A DNA stretch of 63,919 bases, filler included, from Aduncisulcus paluster (lineage: Eukaryota), in assembly GCA_024181965.1 (NCBI GenBank). It is 5 parts of 5 records of this genome, joined end to end, with 100 filler letters (N's around TTAATTAATTAA, not from the genome) between each part and the next. Parts side by side here need not be neighbours in the genome. Positions count along the whole stretch, not along the records: positions 1 to 16,706 come from BQXS01010860.1; positions 16,807 to 31,212 come from BQXS01010861.1; 3 more parts are not named here. One strand, 5' to 3'. A program made the position numbers and the translations under genes. The notes under the pieces were generated by a model that worked only from the letters and a program-made list of their open reading frames with translations, had not been told where the DNA came from and ran no database searches. Below are positions 10,481 through 24,000 of the stretch, one piece after another (positions within the stretch are counted from its first letter, which is position 1; every line of letters begins with the position of its first letter).

Positions 10481-13400
10481 ATGGGTAAAGACAAATCTAA
10501 AACTTCAAAGGGTTCAAAGTCTGGGCACAAACGTAAACAAGACGACAAGACTCTCACCTCTGCGTCTGCTATAAGGTGCTTGTGTTTCTGTGGCAAAGGT
10601 GGGTTCGGGGCCGTTTACATTGTGAGTATTGACGGCGTTTCTCATCCATGTGTTCTGAAGAAACTTCTTAAAGTCGGTGACAAGGACGTTATCAAAGCGT
10701 GTCGCAAGGAGTTCAAGATCCAATTGAAGTTGTTCACCAAATGTTTCAACCGTATCCCTCGCCCCATCTACATTCTTGACCTTCTTGACGAGGACTATAA
10801 AGGCGTGTATGGGTTTTGCATGGAGTTTTGTATTGGAGGCAGTGTGAAAGACTTTTCCAGGAGTTGGTGTGTTGGAGGCAAGTATGGACGTGGATGTTCA
10901 AGCTCCTCTGTTGAATCTGAAGACTCAAGCTCCGACTCTGACTCTGACTCTGACTCTGACTCCGATTCAAACTCTGACTCTGACTCTGACTCTGACTCAA
11001 GCTCCACTCGCATTGACCCCATGACTCTTGATCCTCTGAGAGTGAGTGCATTGTGTGTTGGAATGATCGAGTGTCTTTCCGAAGTGTTCAAAGCCAAGCC
11101 CGACCTTATTCACAGAGACATTAAGCCTGACAACTTCCTTGTTCGTGTTGATCCCGATTCCATGAAATGTACCATTGTTCTCTCTGATCTCGGTCTTGCT
11201 CAGATCCAAGACTCCATCTCCTCTTCCACGACTTCCAAGAGCTTTGTTGATATATCCAAGTCTGAAGACGTTGAAGCTAAACACTCACACGAATCCAAAT
11301 CCAAACCCAAACCCAAACGCTCCATCTGTGGCACGCTTGTGTACAACTCTTGTGAAGCTCTCAAGGGAGATCATAGCCAAGAGAGCGATGCTTACTCACT
11401 CGGGCTGACTATCCTTGCAATGTTCAAGGCTCAGGATCCTTTCCTTCAAATGGCAGTATTACAAGGAATTGACAAAATTGAATTTGTCACCCAATTGTCA
11501 AGGTTAATACGGGCTGATATGGGTCCAAAACTCTGTGAATCCCATCTTTTTAAAACTCTAAAAACCATTGAAGGTGGTAAGTTCAAGCCTGTTTATTCCT
11601 GTCTGAATGAAATATTCGAAGGAATGACAAAGGTTGACATTGATGAACGTATGAGTGTTCATGAAGCTCGGGATAAAGTTCAATCCATCAAACCTCTTCT
11701 TCCAAAGATTGGAGAAGGGTGGAAATGTCCATCCATTGACGATATTGTGAAGGCTCATCTTGCCAAGCATAAAGGTTATTCTGGATGCATTCTCGAGGGA
11801 GATACTTCAATTCAAAATGTTGAGTTAAAACCAAAATGGGATGATGGTTTGAGTCGTCCATCAGAATCCAAGACACCAAGTACAAGTTCAAGTGCTTCAA
11901 CAGAAGAAGAAGAAGAGGAAGAGAAACAAAGAGAAGAACTCAAAACAGATTATGTGAGGAAGAAAGAATTAAAGGCCTTGATTTTGTCAATCAAAAGAAT
12001 TGAGTCTCAACCTACCGTCACATCCCTTTACAAAGAATCATATCCTCGTCTCAAGGCTATCTTTGATGAATTCTCTTCACCCTCTGCTATCACATCCAAT
12101 ATAGATCTCTTTGAGCTTTGTTTCGAATGTTTGTCCTTGTTCGTGGAGCATAAAGTTACAAAAGGGGATGGGACTTTGAAGGAAGATGAGGATGATATTG
12201 AGGTTATTCTTGATAGTTCTTCCATCAAGAACATTATTGACACTTTCTTGCCTTCAATGATCCGAGTTGAAAATATTCTGAGAGTGAAAGAAGAAGAAGA
12301 GGAGGAGGAGGAGGAAGAAGGTGGAACTGGTGAAGCTGGAGTGAATTCCATTACAATGTTATTATTTAGGATGCTTGGCAACTCTACAAATCATGTTGAA
12401 TCCCTTTGTGTTTCCATTTTCCCCCAAATTTCTTCCCTCCTCTCCAAGATGTTTATTCTTACCCTATCCAAGAAATTTGAAGATTCTTTTATTGAGGATA
12501 TCCTTCTAACATGCGCAACTATTGCATATGCCAAAGATGATCCCACCAAGAACTCTCTTTTATCCCTNNNNNNNNNNNNNNNNNNNNAACTCTACAAATC
12601 ATGTTGAATCCCTTTGTGTTTCCATTTTCCCCCAAATTTCTTCCCTCCTCTCCAAGATGTTTATTCTTACCCTATCCAAGAAATTTGAAGATTCTTTTAT
12701 TGAGGATATCCTTCTAACATGCGCAACTATTGCATATGCCAAAGATGATCCCACCAAGAACTCTCTTTTATCCCTTCTTCTCCCTCACATCTTACCTTGG
12801 ATGAAGAAGTATCATGATAAGAAGTTCTTTTTCTTGTGGACAAACATCTTGAAGAATATTACACTTGATAAAGATAACACCGATCCTCATAAAGATCGTT
12901 CCTCAAAACTTTGGTTTGTGTTCCATCCTGTCTTGGATGTGATTAAGGATACTGCTTCCAAAGGTATTACATTTGATGATGATGCTGTAATTCGTTGTTT
13001 ATTGTTCTTTGCTAACTTGAGTTGTATTCCTTCCCAAGCTGTTGAAGTGCATGATTGTATTAAAGATGGTCTTCTTGATGGTTGGTTTGAGATGATAAAG
13101 AAGAAGAGTGAAGAAGGGAAAGATGATGGTAATTGGGGAATTAAATACTGGTCCAGACTCATTTCCATGTTCTCAACTGTTCCATCTCTTGTTCCTCACA
13201 TATCTCCCAAATATGATACCAACATGGAATGGTGCAAGAATAATGGAGGTTGGCATGAAGATTATTCAAGATATCTTGGTAACTGCTATCCTTCTCTGAA
13301 GAACTGGTCAGAATTGGTTGAATCTATCAAGAAATGCCCTGACTCAGAATCAACTTCTAAGCTCTACCATGAACATCGAGATGAGATTCTTTCTGTCTTC

Positions 13401-15326
13401 CTTGCATTCAAAGCAAAGAGTGAGATTGAAGAGCACAAGAGAGAGATTATTCTTTGTGTTCAGTGTTTGATATGGTTTGTTAGACATGTTATTTCTGGAA
13501 ATCATATCTATCTTCCTATTTCTGATCTGAATGATCTCATTGGCACTTTCATTGATCATCTATCAAGATGTGAGGAAGTGTTGGAAGGAGATGTTGATGA
13601 AGAGTATTGTAGTATTTGTATTAATTATACTTTCAAAGTTGAAGATAAAAAGGATTCCTTCCTTCCAAAGCTCTCCCCCACTTTCAAACGTATTCTTGAG
13701 AGAGGAAGCAAGAAGAAGTTGGGAGGTGGAGTTGCTCTGAATTTATTGTATACCCTTCAAAACATCTCCCATTCCCATTCTATTTCCACTAAATCCTCCA
13801 TTCTTACCCTCATCAAACCATATATCAGAGATTGGTTGAGGATATATAATGATAGTAAGTGTTATGGGCAGTGGATGTTTATTCTATCACATATCACCCT
13901 TTCAAGTGATGATGAAACACCCAACAAATCATTGTGTTCTGAAGCCTGGCCTCTCTTCCATCCTGTTCTCGATATTGTTAAGAGAAAGTTTGTTGGGGAT
14001 AAGATTGTTGAGGATTATTATGAAGAGGTTATGCAATACTTCTCTAACTTATGTTGTGATCCAACACACGCCCTTGAAATCCATGATAATGTTAAAGATC
14101 TTCTTGATGGATGGTTTTCAGTTATAAAGAAGAAAGAACATAAATGGGGAATTGTTTATTGGTCTTATCTCATTTTCATGTTCTCCACTGTTCCATCTCT
14201 TGTTCCTTTCATATCTCCCAAATATGATGACAACATGCAATGGTGCAAGAATAATGGGAATGTGTATTATTCAAGATATCTTAGTAACTGTTATCCTTCT
14301 CTGAAAAAATGGTCTGATTTAATTGAAATTACCGGAAAATGTCCAAATTCAGCATCAACATCCAAACTCTACCATGAACATCGAAATGGGATTCTTTCTG
14401 TCTTCCTTGCATTCCAATCAAAGAGTGAGATTAAAAGGCATAAGAAAGAGATTGTTCTTTGTGCTGAGTGTTTGAGATGGTTTGTTAGACATGATATTTC
14501 TGAAAATGTTATCTATCTTCCTATTTCTGATCTGAATGATCTCATTGATACTTTCATTGATCATCTATCAAGGGTTGGAAATGTCTTGGAAGGAGATGTT
14601 GATGAAGAGTATTGTTGGAATTGTATTAATTATACTCGCAAAGTTACAGATAAACGGGATTCCTTCCTTCCAAAGATCTCTCCCACTTTCAAACGTATTC
14701 TTAAGAGAGGAAGCAAGAAGAAGTTGGGAGGTGATGCTGCTCTGAATTTATTGTACACTCTCAGAAACATCTCTTTTTCTCCTACTTTTCTTTCCACTCA
14801 ATCCTCCATTTTCACCCTCATCAAACCATATATTAGAGATTGGTTGAGGATATATAATGATATTGAGTGTTATGGACAATGGATGATCATTCTATCATAT
14901 ATCACCCTTTCAAGTGATGATGAAACACCCAACAAAACCCTCTGTTCTGAAGCTTGGCCTCTCTTCCATCCTGTTCTCGATATTGTTAAGAGAGAGTTTG
15001 TTGGGGATAAGATTGTTGAGGATAATCATGGAAATTTATTATTATTATTCTTTTCTAATTTATGTTGTGATCCAACCCACGCCATTGAAATTCATGATAA
15101 TATTAAAGATCTTATTGATGGATGGTTTGCAGTTATAAAGAAGAAACAACATAGAAGCGGAATCATATTCTGGTCCAGACTCATTTCCATGTTCTCCACT
15201 GTTCCATCTCTTGTTCCTCACATATCTCCCAAATTTGATGACAACATGGAATGGTGCGACAATAATGGGGATGTAGATGAAGATTATGAAAGATATCTTG
15301 AGAACTGTTATGATTTAATTCTGTGA
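10481..15326 (+). CDS. Ser/Thr protein kinase fused to C-terminal ~335-aa helical (ARM/HEAT-like) repeats; ~1545 aa after collapsing the gap duplication
   Basis: Kinase motifs GKGGFG, VLKK, HRDIKPDN, DLG and GTLVYNSCE. 12380-12567 is duplicated at 12588-12775 across a 20-N gap; removing it joins the 708-aa and 934-aa ORFs in frame (4638 nt). Confidence 0.85.
10933..10998 (+). repeat. (GACTCT)n microsatellite encoding an Asp-Ser tract inside the kinase domain
   Basis: Direct reading: gactctgactctgactct... Confidence 0.9.
13281..15310 (+). repeat. Two ~1.0-kb intragenic tandem repeats (period 1005-1017 nt)
   Basis: NCYPSLK begins at 13281 and 14286, and NCY recurs at 15303. The units are highly similar at DNA level. 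Confidence 0.9.
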
Positions 15327-15357
15327 TAATGGTGGATGGTATGGAGATAATTAAATC

Positions 15358-15436
15358 CAGTATAGTATAGTATAGTACAGTATAGTACAGTATAGTACAG
15401 TTATATGTTACGATTTCAGCAATAGTACAGTATAGC
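15358..15436. repeat. TATAG/TACAG pentamer microsatellite
   Basis: cagtatagtatagtatagtacagtatagtacagtatagtacag, with a further copy near 15423-15436. Confidence 0.8.
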
Positions 15437-16706
15437 AGAAAATCAATTTATCGTTTTTGAGTGATATTAACGGTTATAGTTAATATTTATTTGAAATAAT
15501 GGATATAAATTCCATGGTTATAGAGAAAATGGACTTTAGACCAACAATCGGGCCATAATTAATTTATAGATTCATGGATTGAAACACCATTTTTTTAAGC
15601 CACGTTTTGAAATCCAAACTACTCGTCCGTGACAACAAAAATAATAAAAATAAGTCCATAAACTGATAAAAAACATAAAAAAAACATATGGAAAAGATGC
15701 ATTCACAGATAAATAAATAACATAACCTTGATCCCAAGTCCAATGTTCAAGTAAGGAGTAATCTACGTCAAAAAGAAGGCTTCTGTCATGCCTATTTTCA
15801 CGGAAATAAATCTGCGAATTCCAGGTTCTTGGAGGATGTGTGCCGATAAATAATTTCTTAGAATTTTGGATCTAGGAGATATTAGAGCACAATCTGGAAA
15901 TCTTATATTGTAACGGCATTATATTGTATAGTTTCATCATGATTTGGTGCACAACTACGAAATCAAACCAAAAGGTAACGGTATACAGAGAGAAAATGTG
16001 ATTCCATTAATTGTGACTATTTGTCGAGAATCAATGATATTCATCGATTAAATCCATAACTTTTCATCATATAATGTAACTTTACAATCCAATATGTGAA
16101 CAAAACTCGGGAGTTAGGAAACGATTTTGAGTCGGGAGTGGAATAGCAAGACCGGATGCATTTATTAGGGAAGGGGAGATACTAAAAAGACAGAAATAAA
16201 AAGAGAAAAGAAAGGCATTGAAGGATATTAAAGGGTATATTAGGTGGTAACAGACTGACTGCAGTACGATAAAGTTTCAGACAAGAAGGATACTGATTGT
16301 AGTGTATTCAGCATAGAGACGAAGACACCGAAAGGCAAACTCTACCAAGTAAACAATGTAGTGAAAAAACTAGTGAACAAAAGTTGCACATAGTGTGTAA
16401 CTAAAGAACCGAGGAGTAGGGAGGAATAGGTGTACGGTAATCAATAGAAATTTCTGAAAAAGGCAACAGCAAACATATATTGAGAAGATTTAGCAAGACA
16501 AGGCATCAAGATGCTACTCTCTAGAGCCATTAAAATAAGCTAAGTCATTTTAGAAAGGAGTCAAGAGTGAATAGGAAGCAATGAAACCAAGTATTGATTA
16601 AAAATTGGGTATTAGAGAATGTAGGTGTAGTTCACTTCAGTATAATGGAGAATATCAAAATATGCTGATGGATCGAAATGGGTAACTACTCAAAGTAATC
16701 ACATTA

Positions 16707-16806
16707 NNNNNNNNNNNNNNNNNNNNNNNNNNNNNNNNNNNNNNNNNNNNTTAATTAATTAANNNNNNNNNNNNNNNNNNNNNNNNNNNNNNNNNNNNNN
16801 NNNNNN
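16707..16806. other. Artificial spacer N44-TTAATTAATTAA-N44
   Basis: The 12-mer has stops in all six frames; the identical 100-nt spacer occurs four times. Confidence 0.97.
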
Positions 16807-18367
16807 ACTCGATAATCTGTTTCTTTTTTGTTTGGGAATCTTCAGATTCATCCTTACTCTTGCTGGATGGAGCCTTATCAACAGAAACAGCCTCTTTTTT
16901 TATGCTTTCAATTGGATTATCAAGACTCGACGGAACATAACTCATGGATTTCTGCTCTAACTTATGTTCAGCTTCGAGTCGAGCTTCTTCATCTTTCATT
17001 TGCTGAACCTGTTCAATCCACGCTTCCACACGAGGAACCCACTTTGTAAGTGCTTCTCTAACACATCCACATGTGTACACACCAAGACAGAAATCTAAAA
17101 GCCCATTTGATCCATATCCATACGTCATGATCGAGGTATTGAGACGAATCACAAGGGGGGGCGGGGATGACGCAACTCTCCTGGGGGATGGCGAAGAGAG
17201 ACTTGAGGATGTGCCGTGAGTGCTGTACGAAGGTGTCGCAGTGCTATTCTTGACTGGGGTGGGTTGATCAGACAAAGGGGAGGCTAGACCGTCCTGAGGG
17301 AGGTGAGGTTGGAATGAAGAGGGAGGGGGAGTATGGGAGTGAGAAGAATGATCTGAATGAGAGGACGAGTGCGTACTCCCTGAGGATTGGAGAGAGGAGG
17401 AGGGAGATATGGAGTCGGTGACTTTAGACGGTTTTTTGGCCAATTCCTTGGAATGGGCCACCTTTTTATCATCTATTTCTACATTTTGAGGAGTAGAAAA
17501 TGGGCTTGATGATTTGGTTATAATTGGAACGTACATGGACCTTGATGGAGTATGGATAGAGTGGGTACCATGCTTGTTATCAAGCGAAAACAGGAATTTA
17601 ACCTCGGGAATAATGATAAAATTAACTCTACTTGACCGGCCGAGCGTTCCATGAGACGAGGCAACCTTGGATTTGCTCTGAGTTACTCTCTTTTTGGGTC
17701 CTTCTTTTTTAGTTGCTAATTTCGAAAATGCTTTGAGAATATCACATAAATAACTTGATTTTATGAGTGAATGCAAATATATCAACAATTCTGACCATTC
17801 ATGAATTGTTGTTTCTTTTGATTTTTCATCCTTGTCTAATACATCATGATCTGATGGATTTAGTGAATCAAATCCCAAATCCCGTGAAAATAAATAGCTT
17901 GAAGATGAGGAATCGCAATTTTTTGAAATATATGAAGGTAGATTGAGTCGTGGCAATCCAGACGAAAGAGAACATTGAAAATGCTTTCTAGATAATGTTT
18001 TAATATGAACTGCTAATATTTTATCTTTTTTAGCCGTTGTTTCAAGTAAATCCTGTATCAACGGCATGGAAACAAAAGGAGTAATAGTATCTGCATGATA
18101 AGGAATATTTGAACCAGAAAATATCTCATAATGAGATTGTGAGGAACCTTTTGATTCTTGATCCATTATATCTCTATCGGGGTAATCACTAGAATTAATA
18201 GTATGACCATATTGAATCCTAATAGGACTATCGACAGGATTAATTGCCAATGAATCCAAAACTGCAAGCTCAGGAATACCCGAATGGGTCAAATGCATAC
18301 TATACAACTTCCCAGCGATTTGGAACTGACAAACTCTTGCAAAATCAACAGTTGAAATGATCTCCAT
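16807..18367 (-). CDS. Hypothetical protein with Ser/Pro-rich region, 3' end lost in gap
   Basis: Long ORF (>515 aa) running into the spacer; an upstream exon is possible (TTTTCAG acceptor-like site near 18405). Confidence 0.7.
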
Positions 18368-18696
18368 TGATGATCTCCAGAATCGTCTGAATCTATTCGA
18401 AAAGCTGAAAAAAAGGAATTGATATCAATTTTATATAACAAATTAAAAACAAATTTAAATTTTATGATGCATCTTATCTCCTATTTCAAGAGCTAAAAAA
18501 TAATATCGAGAATAGCCTCAGAGGTCTTAAATAAGAAAGGGATATTGGGATCAAAACTCCTGTGGACCCGGCAAAAATGAACGTAGTGTAATATTTCTTG
18601 CTAATTTTGTCAGGGATGATGTCAACCAAATGACGTGACAAGCAATTTTTTATGGTTTGATCACGAAGAATCCAATATAAAAAAGAAATATAAAAT

Positions 18697-20502
18697 ATGA
18701 AAACAACAACAGATTATTTTACTTCTCCAACAGATCAAAGTAGACTTTCCAATTTGCAATTTCTTTGGCAGAACTATCCCATCATAATATATTCTTCATG
18801 TATTTTTATATTAATTGGTTCATTTATATTGTATAAGTGGCTTAAGAAGCAAAAAGCGCCCAAATTACCCAAGTTATCTAAACAGGAGATTCAGAAACGA
18901 ATTGATGAGTGGAAAGCGTCACCACTGAGTGATATTTCTCACCTCACTACTGATAGATCCTTTTTCCCTATCACCCCTATTGGAACTTCAGATTCAATCA
19001 TCATACAGTCAAGATGTATTGGTGAGCCCACTCCTCAGCTTATTGTCTCTCTTCCTCCTGTTGAATCATCAACGCCCGTTTCCCCCACACCACCAATGAA
19101 AGTTGTTGATTTTTGTTCCAGTGATTATTTGAACATGTCGAGAGATTCCAAGTTGATAGATATGTCTAGAAAAGTTATTGAGAAATATGGTGTTGGTTCA
19201 TGTGGTCCTCGAGGGTTTTATGGGACTATGACATCACATTTGCGTCTGGAAGAGGCCTTTTCCAAGTTTTTGGGAACTGATGCTAGTATTTGTTATGCTC
19301 TTGGATATGCCACAAGTGCTAGTGTTATTCCCGCATTCTCAAAGCAATCTGATATTATTATTGCTGATAATAATTGTTCAATGGGTTTAAAAAGTGGAAT
19401 TAGATTATCTCGTTCATTTGTTGTTTGGTGTGACATGTGGGATCTTGAAGATTTACAACGAGGATTGAATGAAGCGGAAATAATGTTTAAAAAGTTAGAA
19501 AAGAAAAACAGTCGTTCAGTTATTCCTCAATGGATCCGTCAGTCAATGAATTTTCAGCCTTCAACGCGGAAATTTATTGTATTTGATTCTATCTCTCCCA
19601 AATCTGGAAAAGTGTGTAACTTCCCCATTCTTCATGAAATAGCAGAGAAATATGGTTATAGGATGTGTATGGATGAAACTGAAAGTATTGGAGTGCTTGG
19701 AAAACATGGAAAAGGTGTGACTGAATATTGGACTGAAAGATTACTTGATGAGTGGGAGCAAGCCAGAAAGAGAGAGAAACGGGATGAATCTGAACCTCGC
19801 AGACGTGGAGAAGTTGAAAAAGAAAAAGTTAGCCCTCTTCCACCCTCTGGCTACACCAGTAGAGATGTGTCCTTTACGACTCTTGCTCTCTCCTCTTCAT
19901 TTGGATCTGTTGGTGGTATTTGTGTTGGATCTCATGAAGTAATTGAACATCAACGACTCAATGGTCTTGGGTATGTGTTTTCCGCCTCTGCTCCTCCTTT
20001 CTTAGCCGAAGTACCTGCTCAGGTTGCTGAAGATCTCTCTGCTGGTAAGTGTGAGGCTCAGTTAAAGCGTCTTCAACATAATATATCTGTCTTACGTGAC
20101 ACTATAATGCATCAGGAGCATGCTGAGGGGAATAATCTTCATGTTCGCTCAGATCGTATGTCTCCTTGCGTTCATGTTTCCATTGATGTTGGTGTCTCAC
20201 AATGTTCATGTGATTCTGACTCTCCACATGCATTGTGTTCTGTTTGCAAGACACATATCATAAACATGATATGGCGTAAAATGCTGCTCAAAGGTTATTG
20301 TATCGATCGTAATTTCCCTGTTAATGCGCCATCTATCCCTGTGGAAGGCGAAAAGGAAGAAGAGGGTGTATCTGTGAGTATACGAGTTAGCAGTGAACAT
20401 TCTCTTGCTCAATTGAAAGGGGTAGTGCGTGAGTTACAAAGCGTGTCCGAAAGTATAAGAAGTGATGTCAGTTCTGGAGCTGGTGTTGGAAGGGCTGAAT
20501 GA
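18697..20502 (+). CDS. LCB1: Serine palmitoyltransferase subunit 1 (LCB1/SPTLC1)
   Basis: N-terminal TM segment, YGVGSCGPRGFYGT, EHQRLNGLGYVFSASAPP; lacks the PLP-binding Lys, as expected for LCB1. Confidence 0.9.
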   Translation: MKTTTDYFTSPTDQSRLSNLQFLWQNYPIIIYSSCIFILIGSFILYKWLKKQKAPKLPKLSKQEIQKRIDEWKASPLSDISHLTTDRSFFPITPIGTSDSIIIQSRCIGEPTPQLIVSLPPVESSTPVSPTPPMKVVDFCSSDYLNMSRDSKLIDMSRKVIEKYGVGSCGPRGFYGTMTSHLRLEEAFSKFLGTDASICYALGYATSASVIPAFSKQSDIIIADNNCSMGLKSGIRLSRSFVVWCDMWDLEDLQRGLNEAEIMFKKLEKKNSRSVIPQWIRQSMNFQPSTRKFIVFDSISPKSGKVCNFPILHEIAEKYGYRMCMDETESIGVLGKHGKGVTEYWTERLLDEWEQARKREKRDESEPRRRGEVEKEKVSPLPPSGYTSRDVSFTTLALSSSFGSVGGICVGSHEVIEHQRLNGLGYVFSASAPPFLAEVPAQVAEDLSAGKCEAQLKRLQHNISVLRDTIMHQEHAEGNNLHVRSDRMSPCVHVSIDVGVSQCSCDSDSPHALCSVCKTHIINMIWRKMLLKGYCIDRNFPVNAPSIPVEGEKEEEGVSVSIRVSSEHSLAQLKGVVRELQSVSESIRSDVSSGAGVGRAE

Positions 20503-21071
20503 GGAATTTATGTATTGCACTGAGTAGATATTTTGCTGTTATTATTTTTTCTTTCTCTTTTTTTCTTATGTTCCATCATTTCGGTTGAATGATCTTCTGT
20601 TTTTTTTTTATTTTGTCTTCCAGTCAATGATTGCTTGCAATATTCATTATCACAATGAGATTAATTTTATTGTGAAGAGGGAAAATTGCTAAATTTTGTT
20701 AAAAATAAGTGTCGATTTGACATCTTGATGATGTTGATTTTGTATTTCGGATTTTCAGTTGACTTTGTATGATAAAGTAAAATGAAAATGTGACTCTCCT
20801 GCATATCATATTTGCATCTCCTAAATGTCAATGTATTTCGCTTAAAAAAATGTCACACTCATTGTTCAAGATAATAGAAAAAAGTGAGTATCTACAATGT
20901 ATTTATTTCATCTCTTATAAAAAAATCCAAATTGGCTATTCAAGGAGTGAAATAATTGATTTGGCTGTCAGGCAGAAGAAAAAATAGATTTCTCGTTCTT
21001 GTGTGTCTTACAATAATTCTTCAAATTTTGTGGATACCATTTTTAATAATTTTAATTTTATAATATATTTT

Positions 21072-24000
21072 ATGGATGATACAGATGAATGTACAATCCC
21101 TTCACACGTGGATTCAAAATCAGTCTGTATAGAAGCCACAAGAAAAAATATTGCAATGGCTCGGCCAGTTTCCATCGATACTATTTCATTATCGAATATA
21201 ATAACTGCTGTAGAAGCTGATTTCTCACTATGTTTAATGGAATTACTCACTCTCGCCATATTGGCTGAAAATATAAAGACTTCAGATATTAGTTTTGCTA
21301 TATTCCTTGGAGTGAGATGTGGAGTTATAAATCGTGAGGCAGAATCTCGTATATATTCTCATATCGAGCATTCCAAAAGAACTCAGACTCCATCTGAAGC
21401 TTTACAAAGATTACAACAAATACTTGCCATATTGTCATTTTTATTATCAACATCAAGCATTTTAAAGAGATCTCTTGACTCAAGTGAGCCAGATTCTTCG
21501 ATTCTAACTTCATTGTCTTCTTCTTCCCTGTCTTCCGAGTCATTCTCCTCTTCCTCACACTCATCTCTTACCATGTTATTACAACCAATATCGTCTATCG
21601 ATGGCGCCAATGTCTCTTCTTTGGCCACATCTTTATTAACCGCAATTCCACCATTGTTCGGTTTAATGTCAACATCCACAAAATCTTTCATTTCAAACAT
21701 CGAGTCAATGAGATCTCTTATAACTTCCTCTGCACATTCAAGGATGAGCACACTTCTTGCCAATAACATTTCTTCTGATGTCATTCCAACTCAGTCAAAA
21801 GGAGGGTTCCAATCGGATATTAAAATGGATGAATCTCTGGCTTCAAATCAGTCTCAAATAGACCCTTGGATGGGTTCATTGATTGCGTCAGAGCTCAGTG
21901 ATGAACCCAGTTTGGCCCCTTCCCAAGCTCTTGAAAGTATCTTTGGAAGCTTCGCCAAACAGGTTCGACAAGAAAGAGAGGCAGGGGATGATATCATATT
22001 GCCCATGTCCAATTCTCTTTTCCCAATGGCTCAAACTTCAACTGTTTCAACTCCTCCCCTCGTATCTTCTGCATCTACTGAAGAATCCAACTCTCAATTC
22101 GTGAGGGATTTTAATATTGTTCAACCAATCGGTGTCGGAGGATTTGGATCGGTTTTCAAATGTGTTCATAAAGTAGATGACATCATTTACGCTGTCAAAC
22201 GGATAGAAGTGAAAGCATCTTCTATTTTCAGTTTGATGCTCAAAATTCAGAAGATCGTTCGCAGAGAAGTGAGGGTATTGTCCGAGTTATCTCACCCAAA
22301 TATTGTCAGATATTATAATTCTTGGGTCGAAATGGATAAAGGGTCGGATGTTGCCATGGCAGAAAGTGACTCGTCACAAGTATCTGAATTCTCTCGTCAA
22401 GATGCGAAATCGTCGGCATTCGCAATCACTGATGCATATTCCGATGACCTTCTGCATGATGATGACAACATCATGCAAATGCTATTGCGACCTGTTGAGC
22501 ATGACGTCGAAAGTTCTTCCCTCGATCAAGGATCATCAGACCTTTCAAAGATGATCTCCAACATTGTATTTCAAAGTTCTCAGTCGTATGAACCTGTCAG
22601 TGAGAGTGACTACCTATCTGAAGAGTATTCTTATACATATGAAGAAGAAGAAGAGGAGGAGGAAGAGGAAGATGAGAAGGAAAAGGAGAGAGGTGGAGAT
22701 GAAGAGTACGAAATTGAGGATATTGAAGATGTTAGGTATACGGGACCAAGGGGTAACTATTCCCCTGATCATCCAACTGATGTACAGGTCACTGAGAGTG
22801 AGGAGGATGAATATTCATCTGGACATTCACATCCAAATGGCATACTTGCATCCGATTCTATCATTCCTGGCTCTCTTGTTGATCAGGAAGGGTTAGAATC
22901 GAGTGAACGCGCTGCTCTTTTGCAAAAGGTTGAACCGATTTTCCCAATATCTTTTGATAATCCATCACCAGAATCATATACAATTGAACCTTCGCCAAGC
23001 TCATTAACTCACTCGATCACGGCTGAGAAAGAGAATAGTGGAGATCATCAAGTTTCAGATGATCCAAACCCTCTGTTGCGTGCTATCGATCAAGGAGTGT
23101 CCCTTGAAGCTGTTATCAATGATAAGGATGAAGGAAGTGTGGCTGGTGGTCACCTTTCATCCGGCAGCAATGTCAAGAATGAAGATATCTTTGGTGGTGT
23201 ATCACAGGATTCAGAGCCCAGAATTATTCACAGTCTAACGGATTCTGATGATAAATTCCTCCCAATTGAATCCGTATCTCCTGCTGAAGAACAGGGGATT
23301 CTGTCTGAACAAGTTATTGGGGGAGCTGTCGTTCCATTTAGACAGGCGGTACAGGAATCGGCAGTTGTTGTTGGTACTAAGAGTGAAAAGGATGGAGGTC
23401 TTGTGTCTGAATTGCTCTCTATGATGCCATTGTTGCCTCAGGACAAACAATTCCAGTTCCATTCAAGGTACATTGCAAAGAAAATGTCTACCCCAAGTGA
23501 TCAAAGCCCATCTCCAAGTATAGATAAAGTTCTTGCAGATTCTGTTGCTCCTTCTTTCTCATCTATAAATTCAGTGCGCTCTTCTTCACCAACCTCTGCC
23601 AAACTCCAGGCTTCTCTCTATATCCAGATGCAGTACTGTAGTTGTGGGACTCTATGGGACTTTGTGAGTGGCAATGGTGGTAATGTTGACTCCAGATATA
23701 TCGGAGGGGTTAAGAAAACGTGTCCTTGCCAGCAGCATCATGAAGAGATTATCTCAAGAGACGGGGTTGATGATGCTCCAACTCAAGTCTTCCACCATTC
23801 CTCTCCTGATCGAATCCCTATTGTCAAACTAATTCCTCTATTCTTTCAACTTGTGTCTGCCGTCCAATATCTCCACTCAAACAATGTCATTCACAGAGAT
23901 ATCAAGAGTCTGAATGTTTTGGTTCGTGGATGCAAGAAAAGTGGGTTGTGTTCTTGCAAAAAAAGCATCGATGATTCTGTATCAATGTCCTTGTCATCGG

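Noticed and set aside
12380-12775. Apparent two overlapping genes / direct repeat around the 20-N gap
   Set aside because: Unmerged contig overlap; collapsing it gives one in-frame gene (same pattern at 8530-9158 and 26237-26895)
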